NCBI RefSeq assembly: GCF_036321535.1
Contig: NC_087436.1
Span: 25,608,001 to 25,672,000, forward strand
DNA length: 64,000 bases
From: Camelus dromedarius
Taxonomy: Eukaryota
Direction of reading: 5' to 3'
Shown here: positions 27,326 to 41,078 of the stretch, piece after piece
Layout of the letters: each line of letters begins with the position of its first letter
Numbering within the stretch: position 1 is the first letter of the stretch
Translations under genes and position numbers: made by a program
The notes under the pieces: generated by a model
What the model was told of the DNA's origin: nothing
Seen by the model: the letters and a program-made list of their open reading frames with translations, nothing else
The model's database searches: none

Positions 27326-29052
27326 AGATGCTCACCAATATTAAACAAAAGGCCAGTCTTACACATAAAGTTAAAGTAATATAAAATAACTTGAAAAATA
27401 AACTTGTCAAATAAATGGAAAAGAGGACAGTAATCAAGTAAAATGAGAGCAATATAAAGGACACTTTAATTCTCAAAGTGGTTTGAGAAGTGATTATTAA
27501 TGTGGTATTACTATAATAAACCATGTAATATAGTGATTTTAAAATCCTGATTTTTGAGTCATTCGCCAGACTATTGTTTCATTTTGTTTTCTTTTTGTTC
27601 TTGTTTAAAGACATTAAGCTTTAACTAGCCCAGTTAATTTTCAGTCATAACCTGCTGGAACAAATACTCAGAAAGAGGTGATCCAGGGGACTCTGGGACT
27701 AGATAGACCACACTGAGAAATGCAGAGCCCTAGAAAAGTCCTCTGTATTGGGATGGCAGAGGATAGTGCCAAAAGATTTTCAGTACTGTATAAAATGCAA
27801 GAGAGGGTCTAGTCTGATATTTCCTAAAGTGTCATCATAAAATATTACACAAAACAGATTAAGTCTGGGAAGTCATATTGATTTTATACCCAGCTTTCCA
27901 ATCATCTTGTTTGAAGATTTGCAATAAACAAATACTCAGTTGGTTATGAGACATCTGAGTATATCCAAGTCCCTGGGAATTGCTGCATTTTAAGTTTTTT
28001 ACAAAGCTTAAGTAATTTACCTTTGTTCCTTAATGTTTATATCCAGGAGAATTATGTTATTTGCTGTAACGTGATTTTGACATGTTGACCTAGCCCAAAT
28101 TACATCAATCAGCAGATGAAAATTACTTGATCCTTGGAAGTTATATGATTTCTTAAGATATGCACATTGAATAGTGCAGCCAGTGTAAAAAACAAGATGT
28201 TCTTACTCCCATACTCTCATTCTGTCTCTTGTACCATTTTAATGCATATTAGTAACATATTTTGCTTTAATACATTTAGACTCCAATTTTACTCAGTATT
28301 CATTCATATGTGAACTGAAGAAATATGCCTATATCAACATACAATCATAATATTTATCAATGAAATAACTTCTATCCTTTTATACTAATACGTTTTTATA
28401 AGTATTTATGGACTGACCATTTGGATATCTAATTCCTCATTTCATCTATTGGGGAAAAAGAGAGAGTGACATTGACAATTCTTTTCTCATTAGAGCTACA
28501 TGAGAAGCTGTGAAACGTTGGTAACTGACTTTCATCAGATTACTTTCATTCTGGCCTCCTGAAAGCTTTTAGGCTTTTATGAACACATGCTGCAGTATAA
28601 TTGGTTCCCAAAGTGGTCATATATATGGGTACAATAAAAAAGCAACCAGTTACACTCACATAGTTACAAACATTTATTTCCACATGGCCATTTGATATCA
28701 ACAGAGGGAGCATTTATAGGATTTCTTCTTAGTGGTCATTTCTTCGTGTCTTAATTGGACAGGAACATTTAAAGGAATGAATGGGCAGAAATAGTCAAAG
28801 AAACAATGAACCTGAATGTCCTACCAAGCGGCTTTTCAAAGTAGTGTTGTAGCTAATTAATAGGGGCCTCCATAAAAAAAACCTAATGAAATTGATTGAA
28901 ATAATTGATCCATATCATCATGAAAAGAGCGTTGCTGTACTGTCATGGAACACTAAAGGTTCTAGCTAAACCAGGAAGAATTTATCAGACAGATGGAGAA
29001 AACTGCAACTGTTCTCTTATTTTTGGAAGATAAAAAATAAAAGCAAAACCAA

Positions 29053-29080
29053 CACACACACACACACACACACACGCACA
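29053..29080. repeat. (CA)n microsatellite
   Basis: Direct reading. Confidence 0.9.
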
Positions 29081-31049
29081 AAAATAAGGCCTGCTTAAAG
29101 GCAGCAGTAAAATTAACTGGGGTCTGAGTAAGGACGTGGCCCCATATTCTACGTGGCTCATTTTCTACCATTTTAGTATTCCTTTGAATCACCACCCTCT
29201 GAGCCCTGGTAATACCACCATCATCTAGTACTGCAAATGACCACGTCATGGTCTCTGACACTAAGTCTACAGTTAATTGACTTCTTATACCACTGCATGG
29301 TTGATTGCTAAAAACCAGGTTCACTTAGGAAAATTTTGAATACTACTACTATTCTGTCTTCATTAAGAACACTATGGCCCTTTTAACTGCCTTTTCTCGC
29401 CTCTTCGTCTGTATTCTCTGTCAAGTTTACCTTTTCATCAGATTTTCCTCTGAATTAAAATCACTGCTAACTCCAAGTTTCTTATCACATTAAACCTAAA
29501 TCCTGCCTTATTGTCAAGCCTCCCCAGGGACAGCCTATGTGTTGACTGTACCTAGCTTTGCTCTCTGATACATCCACTTACATTGATCAAGTGGTTCATT
29601 TCACATTCCAAGCCACACTTTGTTCTTATTTCCCATTGTCCCCCATGTTTATGTTATGCATGCTCATTCATTTAAGGGGAAATCAGTTTCTTCCCCTTTT
29701 CCTTATCTAAATTTTACTCCATTCCCAATTTTGTCCCATTGAAATTGCCACTCATCATTTTGACATTTATCTTATCATCCCTAACATTCTCTGGTATTTT
29801 TGGCTCTTCAACGTAAATCACCCTTTAAGAATATGCTGTGAACTTTGCTAATTATTTCATGTGTATTGTTTTTACCTCTTCAGAACAATTTGCATCCTTT
29901 TAAAGTTTGGGTCAATGTCTTACACTTCTTTTACTTATCTTTTATCTACTTCTTTTACAGCTAGCACAATGATGAGAAGATGGTGTGTGCTCAAAATCCT
30001 TGTTGATTGATTGATTGAAATAGTTGCATACCATCAGGCTGTTTTTGTCATTAGCTGACAGAATCAAGTTTTGAGATCCAGTTAAATGCCTGCCTATCAA
30101 CTTGCCAAGAACTGCTGCAACTGAAAATCATCGTCCTGGGATTCAGACAACTCATTAGCTTGAAAGGGACTGCCACATATTAAAGTTCCCTTTATGGATT
30201 TGATGAAGTGCATTGTTTGATTCATTTTTTTGTATTAAACTATATTTTTGATGTATCTAGAAATACCATTACTTTTTCAACATATTAAAAAAGGTCACTC
30301 ATTTTCCTAGTATTGTCATCTTAGTTTACTCTTAAAAGTTTAAAGAAAATCACATGACTTTAGCCAAAGTCATTTTCTACAAAGTACAGAAGTAGAATGA
30401 TTTTTAGAGAAAATAATAGTAAGCTTATAGAGATAATATTTCTTGATAAAAATATCCACATAAATTAGCTTACATGGAATTGTAGCAATATCTTACTTTT
30501 ATTTCTTTAGATACATGACTTCAAAATATCTATGCATATAACAGAGTGAACAACTATGAGTTTCAAATGAAAGGAATATCACAAAATTTGACCATATATT
30601 TTTAAAATAGGTTTTAACATAGCTTTCAGAATATGTGGATAAAATGAGTAAATCTAAGTTTTATTATAAAATTTTATGTTTCATAAATATTTTTACAATT
30701 TAAGGAAAAATATAGCATGATTTATTTTCATCAGATTTTAATTTTCTTTTGGTAGTTTGTATTCTTAATTTTCAAAGATTTGCTTGTCACTGGTTTAACT
30801 TTTATTGATCCTTTTAATCTCCAGCTGTTTTATTGTTGCTTTGAGAATAGTTTTTAGTTTTTTGCCTTTTATCTTCCCACAGACATGTCATTCTCTGAAG
30901 ACAAAGGTAGCAGATTTTCCATAGTGTTCAGACCCTGTTTATTTTCTTCCCACACTTTGTGTTTCTCTGATCCCCCATCCTTCCTCCCAACCCATCATCA
31001 CACTCCATACTAGCTCTGCATTTGCCTCAATAGGCTGCAGAAAATTATA

Positions 31050-31080
31050 TACATACACACACAAACACACACACACACAC
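31050..31080. repeat. Interrupted (CA)n microsatellite
   Basis: Direct reading. Confidence 0.9.
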
Positions 31081-34000
31081 TCCCAACTAAAGTAAGGGAT
31101 ATCTTTCTCTTTTCAATGGTAGTTTTCAATTATTAGTAATACATTTTACTTTTCAAATTTGGGCTTTAACTAATTCAACTTTTTTTAAAAAATCAAAGGA
31201 GAAAGGAAATTATGCCCTCAGAGTTTGGTACTTTTGTCAGACTGTGTTCTTTGAATGACCCACAGAAAAAGAAGGTGGTGAATGGAAAAGATGAGAATTT
31301 GGTTCAAACTTTCTCACTGGCAGACTGTCACACTCTTGACGGGCAAGCAGTTGGCTTTTCGAGTAGGCTTATCTTATGTTCTGTTTTTTGTTGATTTAGA
31401 AGAGCCAGAGCCCTTATCTGTTCAGTGTTTGTTTTAAAAGCTGAAGCCTCAATAAAACTGGCAATCGGGCTGATTTGAGTGTGTGCAGATGGTAGGTGGT
31501 ATATAGTCAAGTGAATATTTTCATTACAGCAAGTTTAACTGGGACTCATATGTGCAAACAATGGTGTCAGGTTGTGAGGCTCTCCAGCCCTCTGTTGAAG
31601 AACGTTGAATAATTCCTGCTGTCTTAAGGCTAGTACTTCCTCTTCAAGTGACATGGGTCAGCTCTGATAGATGCTATTTCTTGCTCTTTGGTAGTGATCC
31701 AAGAATGTAAAAGGAGAACATCTGGATTTCTGTCAGTTCCAACCATGCTGAAAAGCTCTCTATAGTGTGTGTTTGTTTTTATAGATTCATACACATTCTC
31801 CAAATGTGATTTTCCAGGGCAGCCACATTTCAAAACTGTGAACTTTATCTCATTAAGTGCTAAAACTAAACAAAATGTCTTTTAAGCTCCCATGTGAAGT
31901 CCTAGTCCTGTGAGTCAAGTCACGTTTCAAAACACATGTTTCATGCTTGATGTAACTCTAATTCCCCTTCTTCCTGGGAATCATGACTTGACTTTGAGAA
32001 ACGCTCTAAAAAGGTCTGTGTTCACTGTTTAATTATAATTAACAGCTCTTAGGTGTGTTATTTTTGCAGTCTTTAGAAAACAAAGCTTTTTTTTTTTATC
32101 ATGAATGTAATAGTTCTTTGAGGCAGCTGGCATCTCTGAAGTGTAAGGTAGTAGTTTTATTCGCAGAAGGGGTTGGAAAATAGAGAAAAGTAATTCAATC
32201 TTCTAATTGTTTAGTCAGTCAATCTCAAATCCAAACAGATAAAAAGTCTTCATTTAGGAAAAGATTTTTTTAAAGTCTCAAATTGTTGGCTCATTTTACA
32301 TAGGTTTTAATTTGTCTTTAAACAAGGACAATCATTTAAGATGAGTGAGTTTGTCACCAATATGACTTCTGCTTCTCCAAAAACTGAACAAAAATAACTT
32401 TAATAAAGTCACTTCCTAGGGCCATCTTTGGCTCCCTGTTAACTGGGTCAGTGTGAGACAGAAGAAACCAAGTTTAAATTCCATAGAACACATTTCCAAA
32501 TCCCTGAAATTAGATTTCCAGCTTAAAGTTTTTAATGTTGTAACATGAACTTAAACTTCATTTCAGGTTTTCAATTTAGATTACAAATCTAGGGAGAGCT
32601 AGATTTTAAATTTCTCCATGTACTCAGCCTTAGTACTGAATTCATTATTAGCTATTGGTAAGTGAAAAATAAGAATGAATTCTTCTGATATATCTGCAAA
32701 ATTGTTAGAGAAAAGATTACCAAAACTAATATTATCACTGTCATTCAAACATATCTGACCTTGTTTCTTGTCCACATCTCCTAAAAACAAACTTTATTAT
32801 AAAATTTTAGTATTCTTACTTTTCCTTCCATTCAAAGCACTCTGTAATCATTTTATTTTATCAAGTTTTTTTTTAATTAATAAGACTGTAAAGCTGTTTC
32901 TAAGAGGAAGGAAACATCCCAGTTACATTGTAACAGGGATTATGAGGCTAACTGTCAACACTTCACCTGCCCTGTGCCAACCACATATGTTAACAGAGGT
33001 CCATTTGAATCCTGTGGAACATCTTGGCCTGTTTGGTCCACAATTTGTAGCCAAACATATGGTGAGAGGCTTTGGAGAAGAGTCTTCAAGCTGGCAGGCT
33101 GCTGTTGATGTCTCTGAGCTAACATGCCCCATTTAAGCCCATGCAGTTCCAAATTGGAGCCTGAGCCTTGTCTACTTGTGCTGAAATGTGAAGAGGTCCA
33201 GATTTTTTTTTTTTTTTTTTACAGCTTCCAAGCCTTCCAGACAGTATAATTATCAGCACTCCAAAGGGTTAGGAATATAAGCCAAATGCAAATAAATTAG
33301 GGAGGGAGAACAGAAGAGCTACAGCTGTTGGGTCAAGCTGGGTGCAAAATGATTTAGTATTTTCAGAAATCAAAGAAGAATGTCACCACAGTGAACTTTC
33401 TGTGATAAAATGGGCTTGTTCTTTAGCGCTTTTCTTGCTAGTACTGGAGGAAATCAGCTTAAGAGGAGACTAGCTTTCAGATAAGCATGTCTGTGGCAAA
33501 GAGGGGTGGGCCAAAGAGTAAAATTTCTGAAGAGGTAAAAGTTATATGATAATTTGCAGACTGCAGATTTTCTTGGAGAGAGATAGGCATAACTGATAAT
33601 TATACCAAATAATTATTCTAAAGTTTATATTCTGGGGCTGGAGTTGGAAAGCCTATTAAATCAGAATTAGAAAGAAATAGAAATTCTATCAGAATTAGAA
33701 AGCCTACTTGACCTTTTCTCTCAATTATAGCATTAATTTTATGGCATCTCTTCTGAATGCGTATTTTCTGATTTCATGTTTCATTTTATTTTCTTGTGAA
33801 TCCATCCTAGCTAGTCTTGCTCTTTTCTTGAAACACTGCTTACATGGAATGACATACTTATGAAGGACTTCAGTTAAACTTCCATTTCCATATTACACAC
33901 CCTTTCTTCTCTGTTTGGAGGCATATTTTGTCCTCTGATGTCTTTGATAGTTTCATTTCTGCAGTGATGGGGCTTGCTGGAGTCCTGTGGAGCCAGTCAG

Positions 34001-35827
34001 GCAATGAATGAAGCAGAGGGGACGTCTCAAGGGAATGGGAAAGGTTACAGTTAACTGGGGACCATGTGCCCCTTTAAAGGGGGGTTCCACGTCTCAGTCT
34101 CAGCTCCAGCTGAGGTTTTTGTTATTTTCAGGTGGGAATGAAGACCCGCGGACTCACAAATCTGGTTTATGATGAAGTTGTCTGATCTTTAAATGTTGAC
34201 AAAGTATTATTTTCTATTTTAAAGATTGATATTCTTAAAAATGTTGCCAATACAATTCTATGAATACAACCCTCTGAAAGCATTTAACTTAAAGGCCATC
34301 AATTTACAAACTTTGCTGTAACAGACAATCTTTGCCAGATTCACGACTATGAAGTATTCAGAAATTTGGGTTTGTCCTAAAGAGAGAGGCTTTTTTTTTT
34401 TTTTTTTTTTTTTGTCCCACAATCTCAGCCACTCTTCCTGCATTTCTAGGAGTTATTCTCACTACCTTCATGCACATCCTCTTGGGATACAATGAGTAGC
34501 CCAAACCCATCCATTATACCTTCTAAACATCTCTTAAATCTCTACTATCCAATTTCTACTACCACTGTTTTCCACCAGACTATTCACATCCCTTAATTGG
34601 AATCTCACCTACTGATTTTTTCTAATAATATCTTCCCCATCCCTCTACTTCCTGTCTTAGGCAGGATTTATTATTCTTTTGTTTTCTCAGCACCCTCTCC
34701 TCCAGTCTTTTATCATTATTAACTATCCATTCCTTCTTATTGTTTCCATAGCAGCTAGTCTAAATCTTATCTGTAAACTCAGCATAGTAGTCCATTTCCT
34801 AAATTTTCAACTTGAGCCCCCATTATGGTAAGGAATTCAACCTCACCTGTTCTTAGAGATCATTTATCCTAAATTTGTTGCCAAGTTTCTGAAGGACTCT
34901 AATGCAGTACCAAGGTGTGTAAGACCCCTCAGTCACCGGTCATTTTAGTTTACTGCTGAAATATCCTTTGTCGATGTCTACTTGATTCTTAAGTGTGACT
35001 CCTCTGCTGCTTCTAAGCTTGGGGCAGGAGTGTCACAGAGAGGGTGGGACCCAGAATTGGTCCATCTTCCTAGACCAGTGTTCCTCAACTTTAGTTTCTT
35101 AATGATTTCCTTTGTATAGCTACACTGTCCCTCTGTTTATATTCTGTTGTGATCTTTGGGAGGCTACAGTGTATCGTAATATCTAAGATTTTTTTCACCA
35201 CTCAAGAACCACTTCTTGCTCTCTCGGAGCAAATCACCCTTGCTGATAATGCATGCCCCAGACCTAGCAGGCAGCCATCCTGTCTAGAATTTTGCCATGT
35301 CCTTCAGTTGCTGAAGGGAATAAGGTCCTAGAACAAGATGGATATTTCCAGCCCACCCCCAGCCAGGGTGATCCCTTTCTGGTGTGATGTCAGCCCCTTT
35401 CTTGTACTTTCAAGGTATTTCTCTTCTTCCTTCAAATCATTGTTTTTGACAATGTCCTTTGAAAAACCATTAAGATGAGATACCAAAATATTTGTACAAT
35501 AATTCCGTTTATCTGTTTTTTAAAGCAAGAGAAGGCCAAATCATTATACTCTTCCAGTGGATAAGAAAATATATTTACTTTTCATTCTTTGCATAGGGAT
35601 AAAAAGAAGAGTCAGGTGAATCTATTCAATAAAATGATTTAAAACCTGTGTACGTAGGATATTATGTCAAATGTACATCTATCTCTTTCTACTAGACTGT
35701 ATAAGTTTTGATAAGGTAGAAATGATGATTTTCTCATCTTTGTCATTTTAAAACCCTATAAAATTCCTGGCACATCATATGTGCATGATGCCTTGGAAAA
35801 AATAAATGATCTAGGCCAAGGGTCAGG

Positions 35828-36221
35828 GTATTCGTCTACTCAGGTTTCCATAATAAAGCCATAGACTGAATGGCTTAAACAACAGAAACTTATTTTCCCA
35901 CAGTTCTGGCGACTGGAAGTCCAAGGTCAGGGTGCCAGCAAGGTTGATTTCTGATGAGGCTTCTCTCCTTAGCTTGTTCATGGCCACTTTCTTGCTATGT
36001 CCTCACATGGCCTTTTTGTGTGTGTGTGTGTGTGCATGTGCAGAGAGAGAACAAGAAATTTGTGCCTCTTCCTCTTCTTACAAGGACAAAAGATCAGGAT
36101 CCCACCCTTATGACTTCATTTACTTTAATTACCTCTTCAAAAGCCTTATCTCCAAATATAGTCACACTGGGGGCCAAGGTTTCAAATACGAATTTTGAGG
36201 GGACACAGTTCAGTCCATAAG
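35828..36221 (-). mobile_element. MaLR solo LTR (MLT1A-like)
   Basis: 'ccatagactgaatggcttaaacaacagaaacttattttcccacagttctgg...ggaagtccaaggtcagggtgccagca...ttttgaggggacacagttcagtccataa'. Confidence 0.88.
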
Positions 36222-36243
36222 AGCCAGCAAAGAGTTTTGGTAA

Positions 36244-36445
36244 AGGGGACAGCAAAATTTTTTGGTGAAAATGGAAGACAGAAAATAGTTTAGGCTCTCA
36301 GACCATCCAGTTTCTATCACAACTGCTCAACACTGCTGTTGCAGCATAAGTGAGTGAGTGCGGCTGTGTTCCAATAAAACTTTATGTACACCAGGAGGCA
36401 GTGAGTGAGCTGGATGTTGCCCACAGGCTGCAGTGGGCAATATCG
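36244..36445 (-). mobile_element. MER58A-like hAT-Charlie DNA transposon relic
   Basis: Diagnostic 'ggctgtgttccaataaaactttat' and 'cacaactgctcaacactgc'. Degenerate TIR-like start aggggacagcaaa. Confidence 0.75.
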
Positions 36446-36991
36446 ACTTGCAAATATTCTAACTTTCTTACCTACTTACACATCTTCCCCATTTCTATAA
36501 GGATTTCACAAAATTCCTGCTTGCAACCATTTAATTACTTCTGTTTGCCTCCAGAATATGACAAACTCCTAGGCACAAAAAGGCTTTTTATATTGAGTCC
36601 ATAGCAGGTCGTCAAACTTCTTTTCTACTCTGTGCAGTTAATAAATAATGTTCATTTCTCCAAATAAAACCAAGCACTTTTACAGACAGTGTTTGTACCG
36701 AGCGTATTTCTTTTCTATCTGGAGTACCACTCTGTCTGGTAGCCATCAGCACCCCGGCTCCAGTCACCTGGAGAGCAGCACTCAGACTCTGCCATCTTTG
36801 CAGCAGCCCAAACTCCAAAGTTACTCATTTATTTTCCTTCTGAACTCACATAGATCTTTATCATTGTACCACTAGGGAATCACTGACTCACCTTACCCAA
36901 TGCTTAGTGCCTCCTCTGCATTTCTACATCCCCAGCCAGTACTCAGCATTTTGAGAATATCCTGGAAACTCTGTATCTTTCTGCAGCAGGG

Positions 36992-37022
36992 TTTTTTTGT
37001 TTTTGTTTTTGTTTTTGTTTTT
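36992..37022. repeat. (GTTTTT)n hexanucleotide microsatellite
   Basis: Direct reading. Confidence 0.9.
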
Positions 37023-37047
37023 CTGAGTAGAATCCTGGGCTCTAAAC

Positions 37048-37151
37048 CAACAGTTCTCACCCAGGGGTGATTCTGACCCTAAAGGAAATTTGACAATATC
37101 TGGAGAAATTATTGATCATCATAACTGACTGGCATCAAAAGAGTAGAGACT
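37048..37151 (+). mobile_element. MER20 (hAT-Charlie), 5' half, split by L1
   Basis: 'gttctcacccaggggtgattctgaccct...atttgacaatatctggaga...actggcatc...gtagag' matches the MER20 5' half. Confidence 0.8.
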
Positions 37152-38829
37152 ACCACTCAAAAACTATTAGAGCTGATAAAAGAATTTAGCAAGGTAGCGG
37201 GATACAAGATTAACATACAGAAGTCAGTGGCATTTCTTTACACTAACAATGAAATATCAGAAAAGGAAAGTAAAGAAACAATCTCTTTTAAAATCGCATC
37301 TAAAACAATAAAATATTTAGGAATAATCTGACCAAGAAAGTGAAAGATTTATATGCCGAGAACTACAAAACATTGATTAAGGAAATTAAAGATGATTTAA
37401 AGAAATAGAAAGATATCCCATGCTCCTGAATTGGAAGAATTAATATTGTTAAAATGGCCATATTACCCAAAGCAATCTACAGATTTAATGTGATCCCTAT
37501 CAAATTACCCAGGACATTTTTCACAAAACTAGAACAAATAATCCTAACATTTATACAGAATCACAAAAGACCCAGAATTGCCAGAGCAATACTGAATAAG
37601 AAGAATGAAGCTGGAGGAATAACCATCCCAGGCTTCAGACAATTGTTACAGAGCTACACTAATCAAAACAGCATGGTATTGGTACAGAAACAGACATATG
37701 CATCAATGGAACAGAACAGAGAGCCCAGAAATAAACCCACAGACTTTTGGTCAATTAATCTTTGACAAAGGAGGCAAGATCATACAAAGGAGTACAGACA
37801 GTCTCTTCAGAAAATGGTGTTGGGAAAACTGGACAGCTGAATGTAAATCAATGAAGTTGGACTACTCCCTCACATCATACACAAAAATAAACTCAAATGG
37901 ATTAGAGACTTAAACACAAGACAAGACATTATAAACCTGTTAGAAGAAAATATAGGCAAAACATTATCTGACATGAACGTCAGCAATGTCTTCCTAGGAC
38001 AGTCTACCCAGGCAATAGAAATAAGAGCAAAAATAAATAAATGGGACCTAATTAAACTTATAAGCTTTTGCACAGCAAAGGAAACCATAAGCAAAACAAA
38101 AAGACAACCTACAGAATGGGAGAAAATATTTGCAAATGATGTGACTGACAAAGGCTTAATTTCTAGAATATGCAAACAGCTTATACAACTTAAGAAGAAA
38201 AAACTAAACAACCCAATCCAAAAATGGGCATAAAACCTAAACAAGCAATTCTCCAAGGAAGACATACAAATGGCCAATAGGCACATGAAAAAATGTGCTC
38301 AATAGTGCTAATTATCAGAGAAATGCAAATCAAAACTGCAATGAGGTATCACCTCACACCAGTAGGAACGGCCATCATTTAAAAGTCCAGAAACAGTAAA
38401 TCCTGGAGAGGCTGTGGAGAAAGGGGAACCCTCCTACACTGTTGGTGGGAATGTAGTTTGGGGCAGCTGTTATGGAAAACCATATGGATATTCCTCAAAA
38501 GACTAAAATTAGACTTACCACATGATACAGCAATCCCACTCCTGGGCATTTATCCAGAGGGAACCTTAATTCCAAAAGATACATGCACCCCAATGTTCAT
38601 AGGAGCACTGTTTACAATAGCCAAGACATGGAAACAATCTTAATGTCCATCCACAGATGACTGGATAAAGAAGTTGTGGTATATTTATACAATGGAATAC
38701 TACTCAGCCATAAAAATAATAAAACAATGTCATTTGCAGCAATATGGATAGACCTGGAGATTGTCATTCTAAATGAAGTAAGCCAGAAAGAGAAAGAGAA
38801 ATACCATATGATACCACTTACATGTGGAA

Positions 38830-38863
<34 letters not shown>

Positions 38864-39185
38864 AAAACTTATTTACAAAACAGAAACAGATTCACATACA
38901 TAGAAAACAAACTTATGGTTACCGGCGGGAAGGGGGTGGGAAACGATACATTGGGAGTTCAAGATTTGCTGATACTAATATATATAAAATAGATAAACAA
39001 CAAGTTTATACTGTATAGCACAGGGAACTATATTTAATATCTTATAGTAACATGGTGAAAAAGAATATGAAATGAATATATGTATGTTCACGTATGACTG
39101 AAGCATTATGCTGTACACCAGAAATTGACACAACATTGTAAACTGACTATATGTCAATAAAGACAACACATATTTAAAAAAAGAG
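37152..39185 (+). mobile_element. 5'-truncated camelid LINE-1
   Basis: Disrupted ORF2 3' portion ([34 protein letters not shown]), 3'UTR, AATAAA. TSD agagtagagact (37140-37151) / agagtagaggct (39186-39197). Confidence 0.96.
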
Positions 39186-39293
39186 AGAGTAGAGGCTTTA
39201 GATGCCCCTAAACATCCCACGATGCACTGGTCAGCCTCCACAACAAAGGATTTTTCAGCCCAAAACGTTAGTAGTACTGAGGCTGAGAAACTA
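39186..39293 (+). mobile_element. MER20, 3' half
   Basis: 'gtagaggc...gatgcccctaaacatcccacgatgcactggtcagcctccacaacaaagga...cagcccaaaacgttagtagtactgaggctgagaaac'. Confidence 0.85.
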
Positions 39294-39929
39294 AGATCTA
39301 GATCAGTCAAGGATATTCCTCTGCATTAAAATTTCCTTTTCCTATAACCTCTCCTGTAGGTGATTCCCCATTCTACTTAAATGGATTCAGATGACTTTGT
39401 ACTGCTTAACTCTTTATTCATTTGTTCTCATATCAACAAGTTCTGAGGATAAACTTATATTAAGGAACTAAGAGTAGATAGGTCCATTTGGAGCCCATTT
39501 TCATTTAAATGCATGAAATATACATAGTGAAGACATAGGAATGTTTGACAAGAAGCCATGGTCAAGATATGTCCCACTGGCCAGTGACAAGGAGGAAATT
39601 CATCCAAGTTTCTATCAGCACGTTGGGACAGAGCCAGGCCTGCCTCTGGGGAGCTGGAAGTTTGGGAATGGAAACCATGATTTCGAGTTATTTCAGGATG
39701 AGTCACCTGTTAATACCTCCCCTCTGTGTTTTAGTTAGTTTCAGAATAGTAAGAAGAAATTAAGAACTTGTTTGTAGAACACAGAAAGTAAGTTTTATGA
39801 ATAAAATAATATAAATTAATGTAAAAATTGAAATATGAATAAACTTATACCTTCTAGGAAAGAAGGAAGGTGGAAAGACATAACTGGTGAATTAGGACAG
39901 AAACATGAGGTTGAGTCAGTCAAAGGCAA

Positions 39930-40105
39930 GTTTAGATTTTGTCACTGAATGTAGTGAGTGGTATGACCTTGGACAAGTTTCTTATTTTCTTCTCTCTCCT
40001 TAGTTCAAAAATAGAGATAGTATTGTTATGTAAATTAGATGAAAATATATACAGAAAACATCCATCACTGTATCTGTTACATGGGAAGTGCTAAATATAT
40101 GTGTA
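39930..40105 (+). mobile_element. MIR SINE fragment
   Basis: MIR core 'tatgaccttggacaagtttctta...ctccttagtt...aaaatagagatagta'. Confidence 0.6.
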
Positions 40106-40329
40106 AAAAGTGTTTGACAATCTGTAGAGCATAACTTCCTGGAAGTAATAGAATGTTCCAGGATAAAGTATTCTAGGACCAAGCAGAGCAGAGATAGGAT
40201 TTCTATGAATATATTTGTACCGGTAGCAGCGAAGTTAATAAAAATCTCTGTTCCCTCCTCTCCCCAAAGGAAATCAAGAATTTTAAGTGAACCCCCAGTT
40301 TAATTTCTTCCACTGCCAGTTCTGCTTTT

Positions 40330-40995
40330 AAAGTAAAATGTGCTATAGACAGATGCTATTACTTTCTGCTCGCACACTAGACACCATTACCTGTCACCTA
40401 GACGACATAAACTCCTACAGGAGGCTTCAGATTTTTTCCCTGCTTCCCTCTTTTCTCTCTTCCAATGAAAATAAAAAAAAATCCGTTTTTTAAGAGGTCC
40501 AAATATGTCACCCTTTGTTTAAGAACTGCACTGGCTTTCGCACTTCACAGAAAATCCAGACTTCCTGCCATGGCTCCCAAAGTCTTGCCTGATCCCAGTG
40601 CTGACCGCCTATCCATTGTCCTCTCTCTAGCCACAGAAGCTTCTAGACTGATCAAGTGCACCAAGACACTTCCTCCCTCAGTGACTTTGCAAAGGCTTTT
40701 CCTCTGCTCTTCATAACACTGACTGCTGATCCCTCAGGACTCAACTCACAAGTCACTTAACTGCAGAAGTTTCCTTCCTTCTCTTTTAAAGTAGATCCTA
40801 TATTGCTGATCTCAAAATCTGCACTCTTTTCATTCCCTTTTTCACTTATCACAAATTACATTTATATACGTGTTAAATTGTTTACCTCCATATATTTTGT
40901 TTCCAGACTAGCCTATAAACACTGTAAAGGGAGAGTCCATGTATATGTAGTTTACACCCAGGTACCCAGAATCTATTACCATGCCTGGTAAAAAA

Positions 40996-41078
<83 letters not shown>

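Noticed and set aside
32923..33152. Cys-containing overlapping short ORFs
   Set aside because: No family motif or convincing splice signals. More plausibly noncoding.
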